From positions 238,436 through 302,435 of the forward strand of contig JAAOMT010000219.1 in assembly GCA_016748015.1 (NCBI GenBank): a stretch of DNA of 64,000 nucleotides, in the 5' to 3' direction. The position numbers were made by a program, and so were the translations under genes. The DNA is from Geosiphon pyriformis uo1 (Eukaryota; Fungi; Glomeromycota). The notes beneath the pieces were generated by a model. It was given only the letters and a program-made list of their open reading frames with translations, was not told where the DNA came from and searched no databases. This document shows, one piece after another, positions 1 through 14,271 of the stretch. Position 1 is the first letter of the stretch; each line of letters starts with the position of its first letter.

Positions 1-220
1 TTTTTGAGAATTCTTTGATGAATTTTCAGTAATAGGAAGCTAATTCAATAAATCCTCTCAATTCTGTGGTATTTCGTGGAGTTTTGAAGTTTTTAATAAT
101 GCTAATTTTTCCAGGGTCTGGTTTAATTCTATCTTGGCTAACAATGTGACCAAGAAAGGCCAAACTTGTTTTTTCAAAGTAGCATTTTTTGATATTCAGT
201 TTCAATCCTGCTTTTTGTAA

Positions 221-631
221 TTATTGAAAAACTTTATGCAGGTGTTTTAAGTGTAATTCAAAAGATGGTAAATAAACATTAGTATCATCGAGATAGACAA
301 CTACTGATTTCCAAAGGAAGCCTTTGTAAACAATATCCATGAGTCTTTGGAATGTTGCTGGAGCATTGCATAATTCGAAAGGCATTACATTGAACTTGTA
401 ATTTCCTTCTTGAGTGGTAAATGCTGTTTTGGGGCAATCTTTGGAATCCATGGCAACTTGCCAGTATCCACTTTCTAAATCTAATGTCAAAAAGTATTTG
501 GACTTCCCAAGAGCATCTAGCATGTCATTAATTTGGAGAAGAGGGTAGGCATCTCCAATGGTAACACTGTTGAGTTGTCGATAATCAACACAAAATCGTA
601 TCTTTTTATTTTTCTTTTTAATTAAGACCAC
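221..631 (-). pseudogene. Gypsy reverse transcriptase fragment (element A)
   Basis: Motifs FCVDYRQLN, LDLESGYWQV, KTAF and VYLDD; flanked by in-frame stops. Confidence 0.95.
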
Positions 632-1327
632 AGGTGAAGTCTATGGACTCATTAATAGTTGAATAAGCCTATTGTTGAGCATCCATTGTACTTCTTTGTG
701 GATAAATTGGTGACTTTCTGGAGCAACTCGGTAGGCTTGCTGTCACCTTGGTTTGGCATCTCCTGTATAGATTTGGTGTTGAACCAAATTAGTTCTTCTT
801 AAGTTATTGTTGTTTTTGGCAAAGATATCAGCAAATTCTGCAATTAGTTCTTTGAGCTGGCTCTGTTGTTGTGGTTCAAGTTGTCTCATGTTGATTTGAG
901 ATAGTTTTTCCATGACAACATGATAGTTTTCAGAGCTAGGGTTTGGGTTGATTTTTGGTAGTGAATGTTCAATGATTTCCGAGAAATTGGGAACTATTTG
1001 GGGTAGTTCTTGTTAAAAGATATTACTGTAAATAACTCCAATTTCTAAGTTATTTAATAAAACTATGGGGAAATTGTTGGGATTGTAAAAAGTAACTCGG
1101 ATTTTCTTTGTTCCTTTTGGAATGTAAATATTTGGGATCAAGATATTATGTTCTAAGCAGATTTGTTCATTGGACTCAAAAATTTGTTGTGTGGTTGTTG
1201 GCTTTTTACAAGTATAAATTTCAGGGTGTTTTCTAAAGAGTGAAATGGTAATTGGTTGTAGAAGTCGTAAAATCTGGTGAGATTCTTTCTGTTTATTGAG
1301 GGCTATGTTTACTAAAACTGTGAATCG

Positions 1328-1759
1328 TCCAGTTGAACCAAAACCTTGGGTTTCTCTTTTACTTTTTCCCAATAGATCTCTTTGATTGACTAATTGTAAA
1401 CCCAAAATGTTGATTAAGAATAAATAAATAGCTTGAGCAATTTTTTTGGCATGTTCAATCTGAAAAGGTTTATTGGTTTTATTTTGTAACATGATAGTAA
1501 TGTCTCCTGTATATCCAGCATTTATAATTTCTCCTCTAACATTGATTTCTTTGCTTGCCAATGATGATTGTGAAGTGATTTGGACTATTGCTCCTGATGG
1601 GATTTTGAGAGCAATTTTGAGGTTGATCTTAGTAAGGGAATTTGGTTGAAGAACCAAAGTGTCTTTTCTTGGATATTGTAGATCATATTTAGCATCAATT
1701 TCATGTGCTTTTTCAGGCTTTATTTTTTGTCCGTTGTTGTTGAAGTATTTGAGCTGTAA
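1328..1759 (-). pseudogene. Trimeric dUTPase domain inside the pol of element A
   Basis: All five dUTPase motifs are recognisable in order: DAKYDL, QSSLA, IINAGYTGDI, KIAQAI, RETQGFGSTG. Several conserved residues are altered by G>A changes. Confidence 0.9.
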
Positions 1760-4700
1760 AGCAGGCTGACTTTTGATAAGATAAACAGATGTCGTTTCAA
1801 TTTTTTCTGTTGTTTTAGGTTCACCAAATTTGATTTCATATTCATTACTTTTGTTGGGTAATGGAATGCTAAGGGCATAGCATTCAGGACACCATTGTTC
1901 ATCACAAGGCATTATGCATTCCTTACATAATTTAATGTTCATTTGCTCTAACCATTAAGCTTGAGCTTCTTTGGTCGAGTAGATGTGACTTGTGATTTGA
2001 TGGTACACTTCTACTTCATTTTCATAATCAAATCCAGCTAATTCTATAGTATATTCAATGTATTCTGCTTCTTTCATTTGACAAACATCTTCTTTGGTAG
2101 CTCTATTAACTAATGCCATTGTTAGGTTGAAAATCATCTCAGCATCATTGGGGTAGTGATAAAGTTTGTTGAAAGCATTGTTGTATGCTGCATCAAAAGG
2201 TGTTCCTCTTTTGACAATTTCTGAAATTGATAAAGCATATTGGCAGGTTTGATCGCAGACTCCTCTTCTCATTACTACATCAATCCAATTGCATTTTTCT
2301 GGTAGCATATCTCCACAAGTCAAACAAGAGATGTTGTCTCATTTTTTGCTTCTTTTTATTAAATGGCCCCATCATTCTCTGTGGCAAGCCTTGCAGTAAT
2401 AACAAGTATGATTTTCATATTCTTCTTCAGGTGAAATGCAGGCTCTCATTGAAGAAAGTTTTTTGTGGCAGTCCTTGCATTTGAGCGGAATGTAAGGGTG
2501 TTGTTTTTTTGGTTCTGGTTTAGAATATGGAATGTTCTATTCTGGGATTTCTGGTTCCTCTGAATATGAGTTTGTTGCAAAATATGTTTGCTCAGTTTCT
2601 TCAGCCCAGTTAGATGTTGATTCAATTGCCATAAATGTTTTGACTACAGGTTTTTCTTTCTCTTCTTTAAATTCAAAGACAGGGGCTTTCTCTGATCGTT
2701 TGTTGAATGTACTACAAGTAGCAGATACTCAGGCATGTTGTCCTTAATAGGAGAGTTGTAATTCTTGGGTTTTCTAGTCTAATTTTGCATTGGCTTTTTG
2801 GAGCCAATCATTTCTGACAAGGGCTTGATACTGGGGCGTGTCTATTACAAGAACTTTAACTAGAATGGTGATTCCATCAAGAGTGAATGGAAAATTGTCA
2901 ATTTCTCCTACTGAAGTTTTTTTTATGTCATTGGCAGTGATGATTACTGTTTAAGCTGGTCAGTCAATATTTCTCTTTAATTGTTGCATTAACTGGTAGG
3001 TGATGATGCTTCCAGTGGATCCACTGTTTAGGATCAAGCAAATTGCCTTTTCTTTGACTTCTGCTTCAGTGTACATAGCAGTGATTGCTTTTTGTTTGTT
3101 GGCGGCTGCATTGCTAAGCAGGAATAGTGACTCATTTGCTTCGAACTCAAAAGAGAATATATCTGAAAGGTTGGCATTTTCAGCAATTCTGGCTGGTGGG
3201 ATTGTGGTAAGAGTATAAGAAAGGTTTTGTTGTCATGCTGCAGCTCTATCTTTTGAGAGTGCAATATGGTAAAAATCCTGTTCTTCAGGTATTGTAAGAT
3301 AGCTAGATTGAGTATGATAATAGATACGTCTTGGCTGAACTGAATTTTGGGGAACTAATTGGTTATTTGAGTTGATTCTGTTGTTGTTTGTTGCAAATTG
3401 GTTTTGTGGTGCCAATTGGTTTTGTTGAACCAATTTTCGAGCAGGTACTTGGTAATATTGAATGGGTTGTCGATACTGTTGTTGCATTGGCTGTGGAGCA
3501 GGTTGATAGTAGTTGGTTTGATATTGTGGTCTTGGTAGATAGTAAGCTAGTAGTAGTGGTAGTTGGTAATAAGATTGTTGTGGTGAAGGGTAATGTTGAT
3601 TATTCCTGTTTTGTTGGTCTTATTGTAGCTTTCTGCAATCTCTTTTCCAGTGGCCAGAAATTCCACAGTAATGGCAATTCTGAGACTGGTTATTAGAGGA
3701 TGATGTGAAGTTGTTTTGATTCCGTTTTTGGGGTGGTTGATATCTTTGGGGTTGCTGTTGTTGTTGGTTGGTGAAATAGTTTTTGACTTTTTTTGTAAGT
3801 TAGTCAATTTTCTTTTCAGCTGCTAAGCTGGTCTCTCCAATGGTTAAGTTCATGAGTTTTGTATGATTGGCTTCTTCTATGGCCATTTCATATTTCTTTG
3901 CATGCTGAATGGCAGAGTTTAAATCTTCTGGGGTATGTGGGCAAACCTTTTTAATCAGTTTATTCTTTAAACCAGCAATAAATTGATCCAAGATTTGAGC
4001 ATCGAAATAATAATCATTAGTTTCAAGTTGGCGAATTTGTCTGAGGAGTTTGTTGAATTTCCCAATATAAGTCATAACAGATTTGGAGGGTTCTTGTTTG
4101 ATATTGCAAAAACAATTTTGAAGTGTGATTGAGGTGTTGTTATCAGTGAATTGTTCTAAGAAGGCAGTTTTGAAAGCTGTCCAGTCATTAAAAGGGGTGG
4201 TCAAGTTTTCAAATTATTCGCCTGCTGTTCCTTTGAGAAAATAGGGAATTGTTCTTAACATTCTGACAACATTCCATCTATTTGCATCTCCAGCTTTAGT
4301 AACTTGGTTGAGCCATTCTTGGGGACTGGTTTCAATGTCTTTTTTATTAAATTCAGGGATTTTTGTGATGTATGCTGTCATTTCATTTTCTTCGTTTTCA
4401 CTGTCTATTGATTCTTCTTCAGATATTTCAGAGTTGTTTTCTTCATTCGTTACTGTCTCAGAGTGTTCACTTCAATTTTCAGCTAGAAAGTTAAGGAGAT
4501 TGGAACTAGTTTGAAGGAGTTCTTGTTGTCTGGTGGGACTTCTGAGTAATGTAAAATCTTCTAGTCTTGCAAAATCAATTTAAGGGTGAATTAAGTGTTT
4601 GTGCTTGTGCAAGTGAAGCTGGAAAAGATGTGATAGTAAGTGAAAGTTTTGAACTGGTTTCTTGTTCAGGTGTTTGTAAGTGTTTGGCAGTTGTTTTTGG

Positions 4701-6142
4701 TAGTATTGGAGTATTTGGGGTGGTTTTTGAGTATTGCTTCAATTTTTGTTTGCCTTTGTTGCTTGTTTCTGTTACTGATTCAAAATCAATAGAGTATTGA
4801 GACTGTACTGGATATGTTTCTTCACAGTACTTAATAATGTTTAAATTAAGTTCTTGAAAGTAAGTGACAAGTGTTTCACTGTTAAGGTCTTCAGTTCCCA
4901 ATTGTGAATAGTGTACTAAATTATTGTAAAAGTTGCTTCTAACTTCTGAGATATTGTAATTTCCAAAAAGATAATTGTTGATGTGGTTTTCAATGTATTG
5001 GTATACTGCTTTCTTGACAACTTCAATTCCGTCTGGAATGTTGAATCTTTGCTTGCAGTGGGTGTAAATTGACTGGTAATACTTTAGAGTTGTTGCATTT
5101 GGTGTGGTCACTACTTTGAAGTTGTTTTTGCTGTGTTGTTTCCATGGGAAAGCACCAAATGTTACTGGAGGTTTTTGGTCTCTTCTTAGCTCTTGTATGT
5201 TTGTTGTAATGCTGTTAATTCACGACTATGGGAAGTGCTTGAACCTCTGATAACTGAATTTTTATCTTCAAATTATCTTCTATAATTTGAACTGCTGGGC
5301 TTATAAGTGGAATGACCAATTCCGTGCCAGTTGCTTTGTGTAGTTACATTGTAGTAAATGTCAACTCTTTCCCAGGAATTGCTCATTTAGAAGCTCACTA
5401 AAAATGTGTAGTTACTTTGCTGTAAAAGTCAACTTTTCTACAGGAATCTTGTCTGTAGACTACCCTAATGATTATAATAAGAAAATAAAAGAAAAGTAAA
5501 AGAAAAGTAAAAGAAATTGAATTCTGTCAAGGGAAACGTTTTCTATCCAGGCCTGGAGTCACTAACAGTTTTACTGAAATTGGTAGCTAATTAATTTCAA
5601 AATGTTAGTTGGGTTTTGGGGATTTTCCAAGTGCAATAATTAAAGAATTTGGTTTTTTGAATTATTTGATATTTATTTCTTTTTGTGTGTGTAGAAAATG
5701 GTTCTAAGTAATAAATCTAAAGTAAAATATATTTTCTCAAAAAAAAAAGCTCTTCTTTTATACAATTTGTCGTAACACTATTCTATGAACCTGAACTTTG
5801 CTATTTTCTACAATTTCGCTGAACTAGAGATACATTTTGGCAAACTACAAGTTATTTTTGCAAACTATTAGATATTTCGGTGAACTATCAATTATTTTGG
5901 TGAATTTCTACAAATTTCAGCAAACTTTTGAATGTTACATAGTTTGGGGTATTGCATAATTGATAATCACAATTAGGTTACATTTATGTTATGTACAAAT
6001 TGGGTTATTAATTAAATGATAATTTCGGACATTTTGCTAATGTAATAAGTGATAATTTAAAATGATAATATATGCTAATTAATGATAGGAATTATAAAGA
6101 TAATTTCATGCTAAATAATATCTCTAATTTCGTCTGGTAACA

Positions 6143-9100
6143 GTGCTAATAATGTCAAATAGGCCAAATTTAAAGAAGTTACAGTAGCAAATGCTGTTAT
6201 GTTTTCTAATGAGTTTATTGTGTCTAAGAAATTCTCAGATTTGGATACAATATAAAATGCTATTTACAAAGCTATGTGTCTGTTAGCTAATAAGATTTTT
6301 AAAAAAAAATAATTCAAGGATTACAATAGTGTCTTTACCAAAAAATTGTCTAAATTTCACAAACTGGAACTGTTGGTATCTGAAATTGTTAAGTCCTTTT
6401 ACATAAGGTCGAATAATGTGTTTATATTTTTGATGTGCTGCTGAATGTTTCTGAATAATAAAAAAACTTTGACCATTAAGGTTTTGCTGAATTCAGGTGT
6501 TGATTTTGATGGTATAAAATCTGCTTTTTCTAATGTAAAAAAATTATATCAGGCATTTAAACTTGCCAAATTTTTAAAAACTGAAAAATCAAACATTAGG
6601 TTGGTTATTAATAAGAGAATAGAAAGTTTTGTAGTCAATAAAGATCACATTATTAGAAATATTCTAAAATACTCTTTTCATAAAGTGGTCTTGAACTATT
6701 TAGTAGTCAATAATAAGCTGAGTCTGGATCCTAGTAAAATCAAATCCAAAGTTGATGTAATTATAAAAAATTAGATGAAAAAAAGATTAGTAGTAAATAA
6801 GATTTCTGATCTGTAAAGTTATTAATATTAACCCTTAACTTATGTTAATAATCAGACTTTTTTTGGTGTTATAAGTGTTATCTTTTTTAATAAATTACTG
6901 CCAATAATAGAAAATTTGCTTGAGAGAAAAGCTATTGGTCTGTCTAGTATTGTTAAAACATTGTGGTATTACTATTTTTATAATGTTTTTAGATCTTTTG
7001 AACTTGTGTTTGGTAAGTGAATTTGTGTTTTAACCATAAAAAAAAGCTTAGATGTTAATGATTTTTAAGTCTTATGAATGAGAAAAAGTTTTAACTAATA
7101 CCAGACTGATTGCTTTAATTAAGACTGCTTGAAAATTTTTTTCTAAAATACTTTTAGATAGAATATTATTGGTCTGTAACAAATTTGATGTTTTTTATGG
7201 TAACAATTTTTCTGTATTAAAGGGCACTATCATACAGTTTTCTATTTTTGCAGTGAATTTGATTATTGAAAATGTTTTGAAAAAGAATTGTGAACTGTAG
7301 CTAGTTTTACAGAATATGTAAAAGATCTATAACTCTGTTAATTAGTATTATCTAAAAAATAGCTTGGTTTAAATTAAAATATGTAAACATTTTATTAGGT
7401 TTTTTGGTAGTATTTACAATAATAAAATTAACCAGATAATGACAAATTATGGACTTACTGATAGGTATTGTGTGCATGATGGCCTGAATTAGGATAAGAT
7501 TTTTTTTTTCTGCTTTAGAGAATATTTTACAACTCTTTCTTGTGTGAAGTTAAAAGCCATAAGAGTTTGTGTAATTACTGTATTGATATTAGGTTTGTTG
7601 CCAAATCAGGCAAAATTAAGATTCAAGATAGATTGATTTCATATCTAATGGCTGAAGTGTTTGTTGATAACACAATTTAAATGAGTAGTAATCAGACTAC
7701 TACTTAGTATATTTTGAATATTGCTAGTAATTTCTTTAGATTAAATAACATTTCAATAAACAATGAGAAAATAGTGGCCATTTTTATTAATCAAAGAGTT
7801 AAAAATGTCTTACTTTTGATAAGCAGTTTGCCAATATCTGTTGTGTATAAAAGAAAATCTCATAGATATCTTAGTATCTTTTTGTTTTCTGTAGGTTTGT
7901 TTAAGCCTAATTTGGTAAAAACTTATTCAGATGTCAGATTTTTTGCTAATTTGGTTTTAAAAAAAACTATCTCAGATAAGCAGTTTTTTTATTTGGTTTT
8001 GGTAGTATTACAGTCTATAGTTAATTACAAAACACAGTTCAGTTTTGTTTCTAATAGTGTGTACAATAAATGAAATATACTGGTTAGAAAAAATTTAAGG
8101 ATAAAGGCTGGCTTGCCAAGAAATTTTCCCAATAAGGCTTTTTATCATCCATTATTATATGGTTTAAAGTTATTTAAGCAAGTGCAGATTAAAAGTAAAA
8201 TGGCTATAGTGTTGAGTTTTGTAAATGCTAATAGTATTCTCAGCCATTTTTTTAATTATAGATATCCAAATTTGCAGATTTTGAGTTGGTTTCCTGTTTA
8301 CTCTTTGCACAATTTGATTAGACTAAAAGTTAGTCTGATTGAAAACTTTTTGGCTAGTGTAGTTAAAATTTTTTTGAACTATGATTTTTTTTGAACAATG
8401 TTTTTTTATCTGTATTTTGTTTTTTTAATGACACTCTAATGCACTTTATTTTAAGGGATTTAGTGTTTTTTAATGTTTTTTACTTGTTTAAGAAATATAA
8501 TATTGCTTTTGTGAAACAATTATATAATAAAAAAGAATTGGTTTTTAACTGGAAATGTTTTTGCTATTAGAAGAGACTCAATCCTAGGGACCTAGTTTCT
8601 GTCTGATTTAGATTGGCATGTGGCTTTTTGGTTGGTACTGTTCTCTGTTTTGGTGTTTATTCTCTTAATGTTGGCTCTCAACCTTCAAACATTTTGGATA
8701 ATAATGGCTTTTTTAAGATAAAACTCTGCCTCTTTAATGTTAATTTGAATGTTGTTAATGTCTACACAAATGGGTCTTTGATGAACTTAGATACATGTAA
8801 AATAAGATGTAATGCAGCTGCCTTTTTTTCTAATCTGAATATGGGTGTTAGTATTGAAATTGGTGGTTTGGTATCTTCAACAATAGTAGAATCACAAGCA
8901 ATTGTTCTGGCTTTAAAGTGTATTCCAGTTTATAGTGCTATTGTGATATATTTAGACAATTAAGCTGTTTTGAATGCTTGTGCTATAGAATTAAATATGG
9001 CTTTGCTAAATTTTTGCAATAGTTGTTGGCTTAAAAAATGTTGTGTTGTGAACTTAATCAAAAATAAAGAACTTAGTGTTTTTTGAAATAAGGTCAAAAA

Positions 9101-10116
9101 ACATTTGGTCATAATAGACAATAAATATGCTGATAAGCTGGCCAGTTTGGCTTTATGTTTGAATTTGGTTCTTTTTGTATTAGTCAATAAAAAACATTTT
9201 AATGTTAATAAAATAGTAGTGTCTGATAATGTTTGCCATTTTGTTCAAAGTGTTTTTAAGACTGTTTATTGTATGTATTGAGAGATTGAATTTGAATTTG
9301 ATGTTATTGATACAAGTATAATAAAAAATGTGGATTGAATTTGGACCTTCTTGGTTTGGCACCCTAATTCACATATGGCAGCTGGTTTTATAAATAAGTT
9401 TATTACTGGTTTGTGTTCATATTTTATGAAAGCTCTGCATTATTACTTGTCAGTTACTGTTTGGAAATGTTTGTACAATAAAAAACATTCTTATGTATTA
9501 TGTTTTTATTATGAAGAAGTAGAAACTTTTGATTACTTCTTTATGTATTTAATAAACTCTAATGCTCATATGAACCTACTTAGATTATGTTTGGTTTAGT
9601 GAAATGCCATATTGGATTTGAGCTTGTAATTGTTTTGCATTTTGCAGATGTTTTTTTTGTGTGTTTCTAATAGTGCTATGTATACTGCTTTGTGTAAAAG
9701 TTTTATGTTTAAGAAATAGTGCTTAAAGACTGTATTTACTTTCTATAATATCAAAGTTGCCAATAGTAAAATAACCAATTTGGTGTGGTGTTTAAAAATG
9801 GTCTATTGTGCTGATATATAATCAATAAGAGCTAAATACAGAGTGGTAATAAAAAGAAAAAGCATAATTGTACATAATAGTTTAGTGTTTTTTAAAATTC
9901 ATGGTATGTTGTTTTTGTTTTCTGATAGTATTATTAAGTTGCTTGGAATCTTGGAGGCACATAATATTAGGTTTGGTTTTCATAAGCTCTGCAGTTTTTT
10001 TTTGATATTAATAATACAGTAACTGTTAAAATAAATTTATAGTGTTGTTTTAATTGGCTTGAGTGGCTAGTTACATTGTTATCTGAATAGAAAACCAATC
10101 CAAAGTTATAAAAAAA
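6143..10116 (+). mobile_element. Degenerate non-LTR (LINE-like) retrotransposon with RT, RNase H and C-terminal Cys/His zinc motif; 5' part cut off by element A
   Basis: Decayed RT ('VLTNTRLIALI', 'VFVDNTI' ~7660, 'HRYLSIF'), RNase H 'VYTNGSL...VESQAIVLAL...YLDN...KVKKH...ADKLA' (8750-9150), zf-like 'CFYYEEVETFDYFF' (~9500); many stops; short A-run at 10110-10116. Confidence 0.8.
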
Positions 10117-10124
10117 CATGACCA

Positions 10125-10270
10125 AAACATGACATAACACAAAATAGCATACAATAATGTTGAATAATACATTATAACTTAGAATAACACAGAATAATGC
10201 TTTATAATGTGGGATAACACAGAATAATATATAATAACACCAGATAATGTGTTATAACATAGAATAACTA
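10125..10270. repeat. Degenerate short tandem repeat (ATAACACAGAATAAT-like units)
   Basis: Repeated ataacac/agaataa motifs with roughly 10- and 20-bp spacing. Confidence 0.55.
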
Positions 10271-10799
10271 GTAAAAATATAGAAGAACAAAGCAATAGTT
10301 AGCAAAAATAAAACAGTCAAAAAGCAATTCTGTAAACCAAAAGAATGTATAAAAATAAGTAGTTGAAGAAATTAGAAAAGAAGACAGCTAGATACAAACT
10401 ACTAAACAAGAAGCAATTTTTTTATTTTCTATTATTTCTTACCTACTTTTATATCCTAAAATAAATCAATTATTCAAAATCAAACTCACAAATATATGTT
10501 TTTAAAACTTTTATATTCAAATTGAATCAAATTATTGTTCATATCTTTATTTTCGGCCAGATGCTTTTAGTATAAACACTTCAAATCACTAATGACTTGA
10601 ACCAATTCCTTTTGATCATGATGATTAATGATATTAATTTTTTATTTTTTATTTTTTATTCTTTTTTTTATTTCTTTTGTGGAGCAACAATAGTAAAATC
10701 AACTGTTTAAAAATAGACTTTGTAATAGACTGGTAAAAAAGAAAAACTTTTTCTAAGTTTTGGATATTAATATTATCTTAATAGCTTATCAGAAAGGTA

Positions 10800-12000
10800 A
10801 AAAAAAAATGCCAGACCCTAATGACTATGCTTATTAGCTCAGAGAAAATAGCTCATATTTATAAGAAGTTGCAATTAGTAAAAGCCAAATCTCTGTGTTT
10901 TATAACCAAAAAACCCAATAAGTAAATTTACAATCAGTAAATAAGACTTTTAAAGACTAATAATCAAAAATAAATTAATAAAATTATGCAAACCATGTAT
11001 TATTGATAATTGAAAGCACCAAACATTACTATTTTTCTATCTTACCAAGTTTATCTATAACAATATGTAAAAAATACATGATTTATACTTAGTTTAGATT
11101 ACTTAGTTTAATGTATTGTGCTAAATAGTATTTGGATCTCACTTGTAAAATAAATAAAATATATATATATATTTAAAATTTAAGATTTAATTTGTTAAAT
11201 TACAATATTATTGGTTTTTGTATTTATTTTATAAAAATTTTGTGTAAAAAATTGTTTATTATTAAAAAAATATCATATAATTTTAATTATATTAGTATAA
11301 ATTATATTTGTTACAATTTTAAAAAAACTCTAATTATATTTTTTTATGTACTTTTAATTTTATTGTAAAAAAAAATTATTATTAATAATTGTTTTAATAA
11401 AGAAATTGTCTTAATTAAAAAGTTAATTACAAATTTATATTTTTTTAATTATTATAATATTTATGTTAATAATTATATATACATACTTATTATTAAAAAT
11501 ATTGTTTTTAAAAATTAATTTTTTAAATTATCTATAATGCTTAAAAATATTGTTAAAATTAATTTATATATTATAAAATAAATATTTGATTATTAAATTT
11601 TAAGCTAAAACTGATTATAAAAAAAAGATTTAATTATTAATAATATAATTTTAGTTAATATTCTTAATTTAATAATACTTAATTTTAAGAAATTTGTATA
11701 TAAAATGATTTTTGCTTAAGATTGGCTTATTAATTTTGGTTTTATTATTAATTCATAATTGATTTTTGTTAATTTGTAAATATTTTTAGCATTTTTATTA
11801 TATAGTGTATTTTGATTAACTTAAATTACTGATTACATATAAAAAAACATGAATTATACTTGTTTTAAAATTTTTTATAAATATATTGTAATAAGTAATA
11901 ATTATAACAATTTTAACAAAACAAGAGCTTTAATAATATTTAATGTAATTTGTTTAATTATTAAAATTTAAAAACCAATTTTTTTTTAATCAAGTTTTTT
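10800..12000. other. Extremely AT-rich, CpG-free relic DNA (probably eroded transposon)
   Basis: Almost no G/C and no ORF of 60 aa or more; ends sharply where CpG-rich genic flank starts near 12060. Confidence 0.5.
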
Positions 12001-12658
12001 GGTGTTATCTACAGCCAATAAAAATCACCATCTCAATCAAATCTTGTATAAATTCAACTGGAGCCCCCGAAAAAATTTTTCTCTTGTGAACAAATACATG
12101 AGAACAAAATAGTTCGCGAGCAAAACTTTCTCATTTCGTTCGCGCGTTCCCGTTCTCAAGAAAAAAGATTTTTCGGTCGATTCTTTATTTATTTTCCTCG
12201 GACATTCGTCTCTTCATGGAAGACAAGAAGGACCCAACACAAGTGAAACAATTTCTGGGAGATTCTAGAAATAGTTTCAAGTTCAAACCATTCATATTTA
12301 TCTTGACTCGTTTCAGCTGTTTTTAACTAGTGATTTAGGTGATGCTTGAGCTATCTTCGAATTTTCCTTGTCCACTTTTTGAAAAACGATTAAAGAAAAT
12401 TGGGAATGTATTTTCTGTAAAGTTTGATCAAATGAAGCATGAATAAATTGGTAATATTTCTCCAAATAATACATTTTGGCTCGATTACCAAATAAGATAT
12501 CCCAAAATTATAATAAATCATAAGATGATAGGAGACAAGATAAAATAATTGCTTCAAAGAAAGGTAATATCAAAATCGAAGGCGAAGCATCGTTAGTAAT
12601 TACTCGTGTTCACTCCTTTTCGCCTCCGAAGTCTGGTTAATCTATCATCCAGAATATT

Positions 12659-14271
12659 CTATAGTGTTAGTTGTTTAGGCTTCTCCCAAGGAAACTATAT
12701 TAGTTAAAAGTGACTTGAAGTTATCGATTGATATTATCAGAGTTGAAAATTCCCTCCAATGAAAATATACCTCGTTTCGCCCAAAATGACCATAGGCAGC
12801 AGTCTGTTCGTAGTTCCAACCGTTTGGTTTATGCAGTCCAAGTTCTTGCACAATAACACCTGGACGCAAATCCCAATTCTTTTTTATAATGTCTAATAAT
12901 TCGGCATTAGATTTTGTTGAGGATTCATAAGTATCGACAAAGATGGACAGAGGTTCAGCAACACCGATAGCATAAGAAAGTTGAACAAGAGCGCGCCTCG
13001 CGAGTTTTGCATGTACAAGTGATTTCGCAATCCAGCGTGCTTAATTTATATGTGAAAGAAACTTTAAAATTTTCTCAAGCAATCGAACTTTATTATTTAT
13101 TAAAAAATTACCCGTGTAGGCAGCAGAACGATCGACCTTTGACCAATCCTTTCCTGAAAAGGCCCCACCGCCGTGTGCGCCATGACCTCCATACTAATGC
13201 AATAATTAAATTAGCCTTACAAACTATCCACCCAATATAAATGGAAAGAGAAATTACCGTGTCAACAATGATTTTACGGCCTGTGAGACCAGCATCTCCT
13301 TGAGGCCCACCGATGATGAATCTACCAGAAGGCTGAATATGATAAACAGTTCTATCAGTGATATACTTCGCTGGTATGACTTTTTTAACCACGTGTTCTT
13401 TTATTTGACGTCTAAGTTCTTCTGTCTCGATCTCAGGCCCATGTTGTATTGAAATAACAATAGTATCAACTTCCACAGGAATAAGAGCCCCTTTTTCATT
13501 TCTGTAACGAACGGTCACCTGGGTTTTAGAGTCTGGGCGAAGCCTGAAGAAAGGATATTAGCTACTAGTCAAATGAGAATCTGGTAACTCAAAATACGTG
13601 ATTTGTCTGTGGCACGATTATACTTGTTTGATTGAAAATATTGAAATAGGTAAAAACAGAATCTATCATGCGTCTTAGACCTTACCATGAAAGAGTACCA
13701 TCCCGCCTAAGTTCGGCCATTTTACGATTTAATTGATGCGCGAGAATCAATGTCAACGGCATTAATTCAGGCGTCTCATCAGTGGCATATCCAAACATAA
13801 TACCTTGATCGCCAGCACCGATTTTTTCTAATGCCTCCCCTTGCTGTATGAGCCCCTGAGCAATGTCTGGTGATTGCTGCTCTATTGCGACCAAAACATT
13901 ACATGTGTTATAATCAAACCCTTTGGCGGAGTCATCATAGCCGATACGCTTAATAGTATCGCGAACAACTCGTTGATAATCTACTGAGGATCTGGTTGTG
14001 ATTTCACCAAAAACAAGAACCAGTCCCGTTTTTGTCGCTGTTTCACAAGCAACCTTAGAAAAAGGATCGTCTTTTAAGCAAGCGTCTAAAATGGCGTCGG
14101 AGACTTGGTCGGCAATTTTATCTGCACCAAAAATCAAAATATCCGTTCTTTTGTTTTAGAATGTCATGCTTGTCCTCAGAAATAGTTATTAAATAATTTA
14201 TAGCATTTACCTGGATGACCTTCGCCAACTGACTCTGAAGTAAAAAGAAAAGTGTCACCGTAATGTGTCAT
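12659..14271 (-). CDS. SAM2: S-adenosylmethionine synthetase (multi-exon)
   Basis: [53 protein letters not shown], and C-terminal FPWEKPK; GT-AG introns. Confidence 0.97.

Larger units (their letters stand above)
1..6142 (-). mobile_element. Ty3/Gypsy LTR retrotransposon, family A (degenerate; 3' part runs off the window): gag - CCHC knuckle - aspartic protease - Cys-rich insert - dUTPase - RT
   Basis: Minus-strand ORF remnants in Gypsy order: gag (5111-3800, 'ILDQFIAGL'), CHYCGISGHWKRDC knuckle (~3680-3635), protease 'LILNSGS' (~3040), dUTPase (1759-1328), RT 'RFCVDYRQLN...MPFELCNAPATFQ...YLDD' (631-221). The terminus reads TGTTACC on the minus strand from 6142 and abuts LINE sequence. The inner LTR boundary and PBS were not identified. 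Confidence 0.92.

Noticed and set aside
2227-4800. Plus-strand ORFs over element A (e.g. 3388-3696, 3000-3218, 4567-4800)
   Set aside because: Antisense shadows of the gag-pol frame, with no independent motifs.
5933-6142. 210-bp TGTTAC...GTAACA segment as the complete family A LTR
   Set aside because: No PBS follows it and the partner LTR is outside the window, so the boundary cannot be confirmed.
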